The translations under genes were made by a program, and so were the position numbers. A stretch of 60,999 nucleotides of DNA from a virus (lineage: Duplodnaviria > Caudoviricetes): IMG/VR virus record IMGVR_UViG_3300044568_003707, positions 1 through 60,999 of that record; one strand, written 5' to 3'. The notes beneath the pieces were generated by a model. The model ran no database searches, was not told where the DNA came from, and saw only the letters and a program-made list of their open reading frames with translations. Positions 1-9,740 of this stretch are shown one piece after another; position 1 is the first letter of the stretch; every line of letters begins with the position of its first letter.

Positions 1-1521
1 TGGTTTTTTCTTTGATACACTCAAGTCGTATATATCTGCACTATTGTCATTTATCAATGCAACCTTCATTTTTTTGTAGTCTACCTTAGTTTTTTTAGGT
101 TTCTTTATTTTTGGCGGAAGATAATAAACCTTTTCATATTTAGATGCATTTTCAATTGTGTCCACAACAGTTTGTGGATCTTTGAACTTGAATCTAGGAC
201 CAGAAGACAGAATATTGATGGTGTTCATCACAGAGTTTGTATCTGGATTTATACTCATGATATTTTTTGCTGCGTCTTGAGCATAATCCATAACGTCTTC
301 AAACTTGGCGAACTTGGCGGCTGGTTCGTCATAACGAATGCGAATATTTACCCAAGCCAATGCTTGTAGTTGATATGATGTCAATCCAACCTTTTGTGCT
401 TCTTCGTGTAGAATTTTGACCAAATTCTGACGTATCACATCGCTGCCAAACAGTTTCATCACGATTATATTTACAATACCGTCTTGCTTCTTCTTTAGTT
501 GAGCGGCTTTTTTGGCAATAGCAGCTTCTTCTGGAGAAAGTTTTGGTTTCTTTGGTTTTCCAGTGGCTTCGTCGATTTCTTTACTGGCATTATCTTCGGA
601 ACTGAGATATTCAATCCAATTGGATAAATCTTCTTCTACCATTTTTTGCAACGGCTTGTCGAAAAACACACGTATCATCCAACGATCAACGGTAGCCGGA
701 TCAATTTTGCCATCCCACTTTTTACCGGGAAACACAAGATTCAGAAAGAAAGAGTTTATTTTTGTTCCGCCAATTTTTAAGACTCCGCTTTGCAAATCTT
801 TGTATAGTTTATCTTTATTGATACTTGAACCATTGGCCAGATAATATTTCACAAACAGATTAAAGTTTGGAATTTTTGCATTTGCGACGGTGATTTCACT
901 AAAAATGTCATCTTGACCTTTGCGAGCACCTTGAGTTACTTTACCACCTTTATAGTCTTTCTTTGGAGCCAAAAGGTCAGCATAGTTTGATCCTTTATTT
1001 TGAAACGTCTTGAGATACTCCAAACTCTTGGTATCCATATTATTTTTTACATTGGAAGACAGTTGGTTCAGCATGTCAATACCTTCTGGTGTTTTGGAAT
1101 CTGCGGCCACCGCTTTGTATAACTTGGCAGCTTCTAATATATTTTGGTCCAATGCAGTGTTGGCTGAACAATAAGCACACGCAGCAAGAAATAAACAAGC
1201 ATCTGTTTCTCCCATATTTTGGAAAATCAACTTATTAAAATTGTCATACCAATATGCATATGTGTCTAACTTTTGTTTTAATTCCGGCGGAGCTTTGAGA
1301 TAGTCGTCCACTTCTTTTCTTAGATTGTCCATTTCCAATTTGATTGGAATATCAACTTCTACGGATTTGTTATCAACTTTGAAAGCAACTTTGACTGGAA
1401 ATGTGTCTTTGGACTTGAATTTTGGAGATACAAGTTGATTATAAAATTCTGGGCCAGACATGGCTTCAAGCAGCTGGGCAATTTCAAAGTCATTCAGTTC
1501 AAGCATTTCGTTTAGATTCAT
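1..1521 (-). CDS. Large hypothetical protein, 3'-partial (>=507 aa), possible HhH-GPD/DNA-glycosylase-like domain
   Basis: Not in ORF track. ATG at 1521, open to the window edge: MNLNEMLELNDFEIAQ...YAYWYDNF...GGTKINSFFLNL...ATVDRWMIR...LQALAWVNIR. Family call is motif resemblance only. Confidence 0.75.
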   Translation of the reverse strand, partial: MNLNEMLELNDFEIAQLLEAMSGPEFYNQLVSPKFKSKDTFPVKVAFKVDNKSVEVDIPIKLEMDNLRKEVDDYLKAPPELKQKLDTYAYWYDNFNKLIFQNMGETDACLFLAACAYCSANTALDQNILEAAKLYKAVAADSKTPEGIDMLNQLSSNVKNNMDTKSLEYLKTFQNKGSNYADLLAPKKDYKGGKVTQGARKGQDDIFSEITVANAKIPNFNLFVKYYLANGSSINKDKLYKDLQSGVLKIGGTKINSFFLNLVFPGKKWDGKIDPATVDRWMIRVFFDKPLQKMVEEDLSNWIEYLSSEDNASKEIDEATGKPKKPKLSPEEAAIAKKAAQLKKKQDGIVNIIVMKLFGSDVIRQNLVKILHEEAQKVGLTSYQLQALAWVNIRIRYDEPAAKFAKFEDVMDYAQDAAKNIMSINPDTNSVMNTINILSSGPRFKFKDPQTVVDTIENASKYEKVYYLPPKIKKPKKTKVDYKKMKVALINDNSADIYDLSVSKKKP

Positions 1522-1565
1522 AAGTTTGTGTATAATAAATATATATCAAACCTAATAAAAAGTCC

Positions 1566-1594
1566 TTGACTTGTTGCTATTTTTTGTTCATAGT
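1566..1594 (+). promoter_or_regulatory. Sigma70-type promoter
   Basis: TTGACT-17nt-CATAGT just upstream of the ATG at 1604. Confidence 0.65.
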
Positions 1595-1603
1595 ATGGTC
1601 ATT

Positions 1604-2629
1604 ATGAGTGAACGTAAATTAGCTTCTATACAGAAAATAACGGAAATCCTACCAATTGACGGTGCGGATAAGATTGTGTGTGTAAAAATTCTGGGGTGGC
1701 AATGCGTGGCACTAAAGACTGAATTTAAAGTCAATGACGCTTGTGTTTTTTTTGAAATAGATAGTGTTCTTCCTATCGCACAATGGAATGATCATCTAAG
1801 AAAAGAGCCAAATAAGCCATTGCGTATAAAAACAATACGACTTCGTGGACAATTGAGCCAAGGATTGGCTATGCCAATGTCTATTATTCCAACTGGAGAA
1901 TATGAAGTGGGTCAAGATGTCACTGAACTTGTTGGTGTTACTAAATACGAACCTGTTGTGCCTGCACATCTATCTGGTATGGCCAAAGGAAACTTTCCAG
2001 CATTTTTACATAAAACTGATGAAACTCGTTTACAATCGGAACCAAGAGTGCTTGATGAAGCCATATCCAAAGGTCTTGTGCTCGTTGGCACACTCAAAAT
2101 GGACGGTACAAGTTTTACTGCATATCGAAGAGACGATGAGTTTGGCGTGTGTTCTCGCAACCTTGATTTAAAGGAAACGGAAGATAATGCTCATTGGAGA
2201 ATGGCTCGCAAGTTGAAACTTGAAGAAATTCTTCGCAGCGAACCTAGCAATCTTTCTATTCAAGGTGAAATTGTAGGTCCGTCTATTCAAGCAAATCGTC
2301 TTGGTTTATCGGAATCTAAGTTGTATTTATTCAATCTATTTGATATAGACACAGGGAAATATCTTAGTCACACCGAACTTTCTGCGTTTGCAGAAAAGCA
2401 TGGATTGAAAGTGGTTCCAACTGTGTATCGTCTTGATTTTGGCGGTGTTGTTGGTCCAAGAGATGTCAATCATTTGCTCAATATTGCCAACAATCTGAAC
2501 TATGACAACGGTACACCAGCCGAAGGCATTGTTTGGCGTTCTATGTGTGAAACTCACAGCGATGTTCTCAAAGGTAGATTATCGTTCAAGACAATATCAA
2601 ATAGATATTTGGAAAAATATAAAGAATGA
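1604..2629 (+). CDS. RNA ligase, Rnl2/DRB0094 family
   Basis: N-terminal RKLASIQKI..I.GADKI module; KTDETR; motif I KMDGTS; QGEIVG; EGIVWR; FKTISNRYL. Confidence 0.9.
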   Translation: MSERKLASIQKITEILPIDGADKIVCVKILGWQCVALKTEFKVNDACVFFEIDSVLPIAQWNDHLRKEPNKPLRIKTIRLRGQLSQGLAMPMSIIPTGEYEVGQDVTELVGVTKYEPVVPAHLSGMAKGNFPAFLHKTDETRLQSEPRVLDEAISKGLVLVGTLKMDGTSFTAYRRDDEFGVCSRNLDLKETEDNAHWRMARKLKLEEILRSEPSNLSIQGEIVGPSIQANRLGLSESKLYLFNLFDIDTGKYLSHTELSAFAEKHGLKVVPTVYRLDFGGVVGPRDVNHLLNIANNLNYDNGTPAEGIVWRSMCETHSDVLKGRLSFKTISNRYLEKYKE

Positions 2630-2711
2630 TCGTCATATAGTATATAAGGCTGTATATACATATATAAAAAGTTTTTTACAATTTGCGTTGTATATATAAT
2701 ATGTATTTGCG

Positions 2712-3173
2712 ATGAAACTCGCAACATATATTATATTATTATTGGCACCATTCTGCCATGTTTATGGCAGTGATATGGTACATTCTTTTAAGAGTTCTTC
2801 GTTCAACGGAGCCAATTTTTCCGCAACTGCAATGACGATTGAGAACTTAGCACGCACTCGCAAACAAACAATAAAAGACATTGCAGTATCAAAAGCCGAA
2901 CAAGCAACAGCACAGGCTCAAAACACACCGTTAAACACATTTATAAACAATTTGCAGGCAAGAATATACTCACAACTGGCTTCGCAAGTTACAGACCAGA
3001 TATTCAATTCTGGTGGAGCAACATTTGGTATAATAAATCTTCAAGGTGGAGCAACTGTTACATGGCAACGCAATGGCGATTTTGCTACACTTTTTATAAA
3101 CGACCCAGCAAGCGGAAGTACCACTCAAATAACCGTTCCAGTCGGTTCATTGACACCGATACCATCAGGATGA
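2712..3173 (+). CDS. csgF: Curli assembly CsgF-like protein
   Basis: Signal peptide; MVHSFKSSSFNG; FINNLQARIYSQLA; TTQITVP; directly upstream of CsgG. Confidence 0.8.
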   Translation: MKLATYIILLLAPFCHVYGSDMVHSFKSSSFNGANFSATAMTIENLARTRKQTIKDIAVSKAEQATAQAQNTPLNTFINNLQARIYSQLASQVTDQIFNSGGATFGIINLQGGATVTWQRNGDFATLFINDPASGSTTQITVPVGSLTPIPSG

Positions 3174-3973
3174 AGAAATATGTTATTTTTGTTATTTCAT
3201 TGTTATTGTTGAGTGGCTGCGGTTCTATTCCTCGCAATCCAGCAATCCTCGACGTACCAAGAACTCAAACTTCTCCCATGGAGAATGAATTGTTGTCTAT
3301 TCCATCCATTGACGGTCCAAGAATAACCATAGGTGTGTATGGATTTGCAGATAAAACAGGTGCAAGAAAAGTTGCAGACAATTATGCATCATTTTCTGCT
3401 GCCGTGACGCAGGGTGCAGAAAGTTGGCTCATTGATGCTTTACGACAATCTGGTCGCGGAACATGGTTTCAAGTATTAGAACGTGCAAGTTTGGACAATA
3501 TAATCAAAGAGCGACAACTCATTTCACAAACCAGAGAAACATTCCAAGGAAAAAATTCTGAGAAACTAACACCGATGTTATTTGCAGGTATTCTTGCTGA
3601 AGGCGGAATTATTGGATATGATAGCAACATTCTGACTGGTGGTGCGGGTGCGAGTATATTGGGTATATCAACAAATGCTCAATATCGCAAAGACGTGGTG
3701 ACGGTATCACTTCGGTTGATCAGCGTGCATACAGGAGAAATACTTCTGAGCACCGCCGTAACAAAAACAATTTCCAGTGTAGCAGTGTCGGGAAACTTAT
3801 TCAAATTCTATGAACATGGAACATTGTCAATAGAATCTGAATTGGGACTGACCGCAAACGAACCAAATACAATTGCGGTTCGCAGTGCAATAGAAAAAGC
3901 CGTGATAGATATTATTTATCAAGGCGAAAAATTAAACCTCTGGAAGTTTAAAAAACAAAACACAACACCATGA
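3170..3973 (+). CDS. csgG: Curli secretion channel CsgG-like lipoprotein
   Basis: Start moved to ATG 3170; lipobox LLLSGC; FADKTG, AVTQGA, WFQVLER, EGGIIGYDSN, YRKDVVTVSLRL. Confidence 0.9.
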   Translation: MKKYVIFVISLLLLSGCGSIPRNPAILDVPRTQTSPMENELLSIPSIDGPRITIGVYGFADKTGARKVADNYASFSAAVTQGAESWLIDALRQSGRGTWFQVLERASLDNIIKERQLISQTRETFQGKNSEKLTPMLFAGILAEGGIIGYDSNILTGGAGASILGISTNAQYRKDVVTVSLRLISVHTGEILLSTAVTKTISSVAVSGNLFKFYEHGTLSIESELGLTANEPNTIAVRSAIEKAVIDIIYQGEKLNLWKFKKQNTTP

Positions 3974-4830
3974 AAATCATGAACACAATAAAGTTTACAA
4001 TATTTACAGCAGTCTTTGGACTTGCTTCGACCATATATGCTCAAACACCCGGTGTTCTTGGTGCCATTGCGGGAAATCCGTCTGGTAATCAAATATATGT
4101 AAATCAAATAACAACTGGAGGAGATACCACGTTAATACAAAATGGAGCATCCAATAGAATCGGATCTTTTGCTCTTCCAAGCAACATCACTGGAGATAAC
4201 ATCTTCATGGAATGGAGACAAATCGGAGATAGTAATAATACCGACTTTTCTATCACTGGAGCCAACAATCTGAAATTATTGTCTGCATTCGCAGGAAACA
4301 ATAACGAGCAGAGAGTTTATTTCAACGGAGCCAATAACAACATGAACTTCAAATTTGATGGTAATGCCAACAAACTTTGGATAAATAATGATGTTACTGT
4401 GTATCGTGACGGTGGAGAAAACACAGCAACAGACAAGGCAACATTGGCAAGTTCCGATTTACAAATCAAATTTGCAGGCAATAATAACTTGTTTGCTTAT
4501 GCCACAACAACTGGTTTAAACAACTATTTGAAGTATGATGTTACTGGCAACAGCAACAACGTCAAGTCCACTCAAATTGGCAGTGCCGGTACCGGAACCC
4601 GTCAATCGGGACACTATCAAGATGTCACTATTCTCGGTGGAGGAAATGACGTTATGATATATCAACAAGGCACCGTTCAACAATACTTCCAATACAGTCT
4701 TATTGGTAGCAATAACACTGTACGTGTTTCACAAACAGCAACAGCTGCTCCAACATTCACAATCAACAACACCAATCAGCTGGCTCCACAAGGTCCGGGC
4801 AGCGCAACAACCGTCATAGGCAATCCGTAA
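3970..4830 (+). CDS. Secreted curlin-repeat-like protein (CsgA/CsgB-like)
   Basis: Signal peptide; repeated Q/x-x-G-x-x-N units (QNGASN, QIGDSNN, AGNNN, TGNSNN, IGSNN); follows csgG. Confidence 0.7.
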   Translation: MKIMNTIKFTIFTAVFGLASTIYAQTPGVLGAIAGNPSGNQIYVNQITTGGDTTLIQNGASNRIGSFALPSNITGDNIFMEWRQIGDSNNTDFSITGANNLKLLSAFAGNNNEQRVYFNGANNNMNFKFDGNANKLWINNDVTVYRDGGENTATDKATLASSDLQIKFAGNNNLFAYATTTGLNNYLKYDVTGNSNNVKSTQIGSAGTGTRQSGHYQDVTILGGGNDVMIYQQGTVQQYFQYSLIGSNNTVRVSQTATAAPTFTINNTNQLAPQGPGSATTVIGNP

Positions 4831-4832
4831 TA

Positions 4833-6011
4833 ATGAACAAAATTGTTACATTGTTTTTGATGTTCTTTCTGTGGAACAATGTTTATGGTGCTGTGGGTAA
4901 ATTGACAGAGGTGACTGGCCCTACACAAGTTAGTAGGGCCAGTACCAAATTGGATGGTAAGGTTGATGTGGGTATAGAAATAGATGATACCATCGAAACT
5001 TTAAAATCGCGTGTTGGTATAACATTTGAAGATGGTACCAGAGTACAATGCACCGAGTTTAGCAAACTTGTTATAGATACGTTTGTGTATGATCCAAGTA
5101 GTGGAAAAGGAAAGCTTGCAATGAAGGCAACAATGGGAACGGTGAGATATGCTTCTGGATTGATTGCCAAAAATAATAAAGAAGAAGTAAAAGTAAAAAC
5201 TCCCACGGCATCTATATCAGTACGTGGCACAGATTTTTCAATGACAGTTGATGAATTGGGCAGAAGTTTGGTTATTCTTTTACCATCCCAGCCACAATTT
5301 GGACCTTCCGTTGTTGGTCAGATAACAGTGAGTAATGGACTTGGAACAGTTGTATTGACCAAAGCATATCAGGCTACATTTATAGCATCAAGTTCTGTTG
5401 TACCATCTTCTCCAGTGATTTTGAATTTTGACGACGAAAGTAAAGTGAACAATATGTTGTTGATTGATACACCAAAAAATGTCACACAAGCTGCAAAAGA
5501 AGCAAAGAAAGCATCTGTTGGTTCAGAAAAAGAAGATGATGGTGGAGACAAAAACAAAAAGATGGAAAAGAAAGAAACAAAGTCCGAGAGCAAATCCGCT
5601 GGTACATCAGTTGCTCAAGTTGACGGAGGTTCGACTGAGGCTCCAATCGAGGAGACCCACTCAACTGTCAATGTGGTCCAAGAAAATATTACTATAAAGC
5701 TTGATATAAACGCTATAAGTCCAAGCACCAATGTTGCTGTCATGGATGCAATTGCGGCAAAACAATCTATACAATCCGTACAACCGACATCAATAGCACC
5801 AATTATATCCACGCCAACTTCTACAGTAAATAATGGCTTTACAACGAACGGAACGCATGCTATATTGTATATAACCAATGGAAATAATGTGGTGTGGTAT
5901 ACTCTAAAGGCTGATGCCAATGCTATATTCAATATAACTCAAAATACTGAATCAAAGGAATATCCATTGAACTTCGGTTCTAAACTTAAAGTTAATATAA
6001 TTCAAAAATGA
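4833..6011 (+). CDS. FecR-domain protein
   Basis: Signal peptide; ITFEDGT, VKTPTASISVRGTDF, GQITVSN. Confidence 0.85.
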   Translation: MNKIVTLFLMFFLWNNVYGAVGKLTEVTGPTQVSRASTKLDGKVDVGIEIDDTIETLKSRVGITFEDGTRVQCTEFSKLVIDTFVYDPSSGKGKLAMKATMGTVRYASGLIAKNNKEEVKVKTPTASISVRGTDFSMTVDELGRSLVILLPSQPQFGPSVVGQITVSNGLGTVVLTKAYQATFIASSSVVPSSPVILNFDDESKVNNMLLIDTPKNVTQAAKEAKKASVGSEKEDDGGDKNKKMEKKETKSESKSAGTSVAQVDGGSTEAPIEETHSTVNVVQENITIKLDINAISPSTNVAVMDAIAAKQSIQSVQPTSIAPIISTPTSTVNNGFTTNGTHAILYITNGNNVVWYTLKADANAIFNITQNTESKEYPLNFGSKLKVNIIQK

Positions 6012-8068
6012 AATCTCATATTCTTAAACTATTTGGCGTCGGTTTGCTGATATTAACTGCACTTGTTGTGCTACGCATACAAGATTCATATCCAATAGAA
6101 GTAATGAGGCTCAAGGGATTGGACTATTATCAACGCACACAAGACAAAGTAAAAAGTGAAAATATCATCATTGTTGAAATTGATGAAAAAAGTTTAGAAG
6201 AAAAAGGACAATGGCCGTGGCCAAGAAATGAATTGGCAGATGGTATCAAGAAAGCATTTGAAAATGAAGCAGCTACTGTAGTATTGCCAATTATATTTGC
6301 GGAAAAAGATAGAATGGGTGGAGACGCAGCATTTGTGGAAATATTGGGAAAAGCACCCGTAATCACAGCACAATCTGCGGCAGTAAAGGGCAAAGGCGTA
6401 CCAGTATCAAGAGGTATGGCAACGATTGGCGGCAGTGCAGATGGATGGTTGTATGATTATCCCAACGCAATTGGACCGATAAAAGAAATAGGTGAATCGT
6501 CTGCTGGTGTGGGAATGTTATTGACGGCACCTGAACTTGATGGTGTGGTACGTCGCTTGCCGTTGGTTGTGCAAGTAAAAAAAGAAACATATCCAACTTT
6601 ACCTTTGGAAGTGTTGAGAGTGTTTGGAAATGAACCGAGCTATCAAGCAAAAATCAATGAAGCCGGAGTGCAAGCCATAAGAGTAAAAGGCTCTGCTCCA
6701 ATAAATACAGATGCTAGTGGTAGAGTATGGATAAACTTCAAATACAAGTTTGATAATATTTCATATACAGATAAAGATTGGAGCAAAGTCAAAGGTAAGA
6801 TTGTGGTTATAGCATTGACTGCTGAAGGATTAACAAACACGGTGGCAACTCCTGTAGGAACAGCATATGGACACGAAGTTAGTATGCAGACGCTACAAAT
6901 GTTGGTTGATGGAAACAGATTGGAACGCAAAGCGGAGTTTGATTTATATGAGTTGGCAGTTGGAACATTGCTTGGATTGATTCTTGTAACATCCGCTGCA
7001 TATCTTGGCTATGTTTATAATGGAATATTGATAAAAGTATCTGTGTCTATGTGTGTATTTATTGGATTTTATTTGTTCAACAAGCATGGTTATTTGATTG
7101 ATTATACTTGGCCGATTATGGCAGCATTTTTGCCGTGGGTTGGATCAATATTTATGAGATTTGTAATGGAGTTCAAATTGAAGATGCAAATCAAGAAGCA
7201 GTTTGGTACATATTTGTCGCCAGCACTGGTTGAAAAACTACAAAAAAATCCGGGCTTGCTCAAACTTGGTGGCGATGAAAGAGAATTGAGCATCATGTTC
7301 ACAGACGTTCGTGGATTTACATCTATTTCAGAACATTATGGTAAAAATGTACAAGGTCTGACAATGATAATGAACAGATATATGACTGCTATGACAGAAG
7401 CCATTCTAAAAAATGATGGTACTCTAGATAAATATATAGGGGATGCTCAGATGGCATTCTGGAATGCTCCATTGGATGATCCAAATCACGCCAAGAATGC
7501 CGTAAAAACGGCACTGCAAATGCTAAAGAGATTGGATACATTCAATGAAGAAATATCTAAGGAAGGAGTTCCGGCTTTTGGAATGGGATTGGGAATCAAC
7601 ACTGGGGGCGTCGTCGTTGGCAACATGGGTTCTACTCAGCGTTTCGACTATACTTGTCTTGGCGACCATGTAAATCTTGCTTCTAGATTAGAAGGTCAAA
7701 GCAAACCATATGGTGTACGTATTGTTATTGGTACAAGAACATTTGAGCACATCAGAAATGATTATCAATGTTTTGAACTTGATTGTATCGCCGTCAAAGG
7801 TAAAAAAGATGGTACGAGAATTTATACCGTTCTTGAAAAAAACTTGAGTGAAAGCCAGTATAACATAGTTGTATCTGGTCATTTTGCTTTTCTAAATGAT
7901 TACAGAATGCAAAGATGGGATAGTGCAATATCTCATGCCAATGAACTCATGACGCAGAATAAAGAAATGAAGAAGTATTATGAAATGATGATTGAAAGAA
8001 TGTTGGAACTTCGTACCAGCAATATTGACAAACATTGGGACGGTATTTTTAGAGCAACCTCCAAGTAA
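6008..8068 (+). CDS. CHASE2-domain class III adenylate/guanylate cyclase
   Basis: GQWPWPR and DGVVRRLPL (CHASE2); 3 TM segments; FTDVRGFT, DKYIGDA, GDHVNLASRLEG, VKGK. Confidence 0.93.
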   Translation: MKSHILKLFGVGLLILTALVVLRIQDSYPIEVMRLKGLDYYQRTQDKVKSENIIIVEIDEKSLEEKGQWPWPRNELADGIKKAFENEAATVVLPIIFAEKDRMGGDAAFVEILGKAPVITAQSAAVKGKGVPVSRGMATIGGSADGWLYDYPNAIGPIKEIGESSAGVGMLLTAPELDGVVRRLPLVVQVKKETYPTLPLEVLRVFGNEPSYQAKINEAGVQAIRVKGSAPINTDASGRVWINFKYKFDNISYTDKDWSKVKGKIVVIALTAEGLTNTVATPVGTAYGHEVSMQTLQMLVDGNRLERKAEFDLYELAVGTLLGLILVTSAAYLGYVYNGILIKVSVSMCVFIGFYLFNKHGYLIDYTWPIMAAFLPWVGSIFMRFVMEFKLKMQIKKQFGTYLSPALVEKLQKNPGLLKLGGDERELSIMFTDVRGFTSISEHYGKNVQGLTMIMNRYMTAMTEAILKNDGTLDKYIGDAQMAFWNAPLDDPNHAKNAVKTALQMLKRLDTFNEEISKEGVPAFGMGLGINTGGVVVGNMGSTQRFDYTCLGDHVNLASRLEGQSKPYGVRIVIGTRTFEHIRNDYQCFELDCIAVKGKKDGTRIYTVLEKNLSESQYNIVVSGHFAFLNDYRMQRWDSAISHANELMTQNKEMKKYYEMMIERMLELRTSNIDKHWDGIFRATSK

Positions 8069-8090
8069 AATTTTATTATAAAACATAATT

Positions 8091-8534
8091 ATGAAATATA
8101 TGAAAACAAAACTACTATTAGCAATACTTCCGTTGGTGCTATTGACTTCATGTGCCAACTCTCAAGGTGATGTGTTTGGACGCAAAGCAGATGCTGGTGC
8201 CATTATTGGTGGCATGGCTGGAACCGTGATTGGTGCTTATAACGGCAATGCTCTCAAGGGTGCTATTATTGGTGCTGGCGTGGGTTTGGGTGCTGGTGCC
8301 ATTGCAGATACCAATGATGCTCACCAAACTCAAAATAGACCAATGATATATCGCGAACAGCCTGTTCAACAAACAGAAGTTGTTGTGGTTCAACAACCTA
8401 TTGTGATAGAAGAGCGTGTATGGGTCGGCCCGGACCTATGGGTATACTCATATCATGGCTATAGGCACAATGGCAGAATATATTATCGTGGACCGCACGC
8501 ACCATTTCATCGTCGCCCCGCTTTTAGACGCTAA
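8091..8534 (+). CDS. Glycine-zipper lipoprotein
   Basis: Lipobox LLTSC; GAIIGG..G..IG and GAIIGAGVGLGAGA. Confidence 0.75.
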   Translation: MKYMKTKLLLAILPLVLLTSCANSQGDVFGRKADAGAIIGGMAGTVIGAYNGNALKGAIIGAGVGLGAGAIADTNDAHQTQNRPMIYREQPVQQTEVVVVQQPIVIEERVWVGPDLWVYSYHGYRHNGRIYYRGPHAPFHRRPAFRR

Positions 8535-8542
8535 AAAGTACT

Positions 8543-8917
8543 ATGATTTCATTTCCTAAACCAGAGGTGCATCCCAAAGGCTGGGGTGCCGAGACTTGGC
8601 TGATTAATTGCCCTGATTATTGTTCTAAATTTTTAGATTTTAAAAAGGATTCTCGTGGAAGTATGCACTTTCACGACAAGAAGCACGAAACTTGGTACAT
8701 TTTATCCGGACAAATTTCCGTTTCGTGGGTGGACGCACTCAATGCCCAAAAACATTCTCGCATTATTAGCGTGGGAGAAATGGTAGATATTCCTCGCCTT
8801 CAAACGCATCAAGTTCACGCTCTTGAAGATACTCGTATTCTTGAAGTGTCTACTCAGCATTTTGAAGATGACTCTTATCGAGTACTAGCAGGTGATTCTC
8901 AAACACAAATCAAATAG
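8543..8917 (+). CDS. Cupin protein (sugar isomerase-like)
   Basis: KGWG.E.W; SMHFH..KHETWY; H..EVST.H..DDSYR. Confidence 0.8.
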   Translation: MISFPKPEVHPKGWGAETWLINCPDYCSKFLDFKKDSRGSMHFHDKKHETWYILSGQISVSWVDALNAQKHSRIISVGEMVDIPRLQTHQVHALEDTRILEVSTQHFEDDSYRVLAGDSQTQIK

Positions 8918-8968
8918 TTGTTATAATAAGATATTTGCAAAAAATGTCACTTTTTTAGAAAAAAGTGT

Positions 8969-8997
8969 TTGACTTTTCATTTTTTCTTCATCATAGT
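8969..8997 (+). promoter_or_regulatory. Sigma70-type promoter for the leader transcript
   Basis: TTGACT-17nt-CATAGT with an upstream A-tract. Confidence 0.65.
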
Positions 8998-9017
8998 TCT
9001 ATTTATCAATAACAAAC

Positions 9018-9131
9018 ATGAACTCGTATTCACACAAATCGCTAAATCTCGTCTCCAAGTGGAGCTTGTGCTTTATTACACAACCTACACGTGGAGCCAA
9101 TAAAGGCGATACTACGGAGGGTGTGGCATAA
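9018..9131 (+). CDS. Putative attenuator leader peptide (37 aa)
   Basis: MNSYSHKSLNLVSKWSLCFITQPTRGANKGDTTEGVA; all 20 amino acids; 3' end complementary to the downstream terminator arm. Confidence 0.65.
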   Translation: MNSYSHKSLNLVSKWSLCFITQPTRGANKGDTTEGVA

Positions 9132-9165
9132 TAGGAGTTAAAGTTTAATAACTTTACAAAACCTA

Positions 9166-9199
9166 AAAAGCCCACCCTCCAAAAGAGAGTGGGTTTTTT
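9166..9199 (+). terminator. Intrinsic terminator / attenuator hairpin
   Basis: AAAAGCCCACCCTC-CAAAA-GAGAGTGGGTTTTTT with one C.A mismatch and a U tract. Confidence 0.8.
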
Positions 9200-9210
9200 G
9201 TTTTTGGAGT

Positions 9211-9360
9211 TTTTAGAAAAAAGTTAGAAAAAAAGATTGACAAAATAAAAAAAGTAAGTAGAGTAAATGAAGTTAAATGCGGAAAGTTTTTGAAAGCAAA
9301 GTTTAGAAAAAAGAAAGTAGTAAAAAAGATTGACAAAGTATAAAAAGTAAGTAGAGTAAG
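9211..9360 (+). promoter_or_regulatory. Tandem duplicated sigma70-type promoters for the stable-RNA region
   Basis: Two near-identical units AAAAAAGA-TTGACA-16nt-TAGAGT (TTGACA at 9237 and 9330) with A-tracts upstream. Confidence 0.7.
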
Positions 9361-9380
9361 AAGTATCAAATTTAAGTTAG

Positions 9381-9392
9381 GTTCTTTTAACA
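9381..9392 (+). promoter_or_regulatory. boxA-like antitermination element
   Basis: GTTCTTTTAACA compared with rrn boxA GCTCTTTAACA; lies just after the tandem promoters. Confidence 0.5.
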
Positions 9393-9740
9393 ATTCAAAT
9401 TTTTAGGTTAGGTTAGATGGGTAAAAACGCACCTGTAAGCGCGATAAAATAGCCACCGGCCCATTTAGGGACCGTTCTGTGGGAATCAATATCATTATGT
9501 AGGTCAGAGATAGGTTAGATGAAAACATAATGTGAGGCCGAAGTATATAATGTTATTTATAAAGTTGAAGAAAGAAGCAACAAGACACGTATTTAGCGTG
9601 TTGAGTTTCTTTCTTCATATGTTCTGCGTAATATACAACCTCCTCGTGGTGCAGAGCGGGACAAAATAAAAAAATATTTTGTGCGAATAGTATAGTTAAA
9701 AGAGTTTTTATATAATATTTATTATTAACATTAAAAAAAT

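Noticed and set aside
172-844. Plus-strand ORFs 172-369 and 512-844
   Set aside because: Antisense shadows of the long minus-strand gene at 1-1521.
9163-9393. Minus-strand 76-aa F/L-rich ORF
   Set aside because: Low-complexity antisense reading of the A-rich tandem promoters.
9400-9665. Possible named ncRNA (RNase P, riboswitch) after the tandem promoters
   Set aside because: Local stems exist (TAGATGGG/CCCATTTA), but I could not recognise any family-defining motif.
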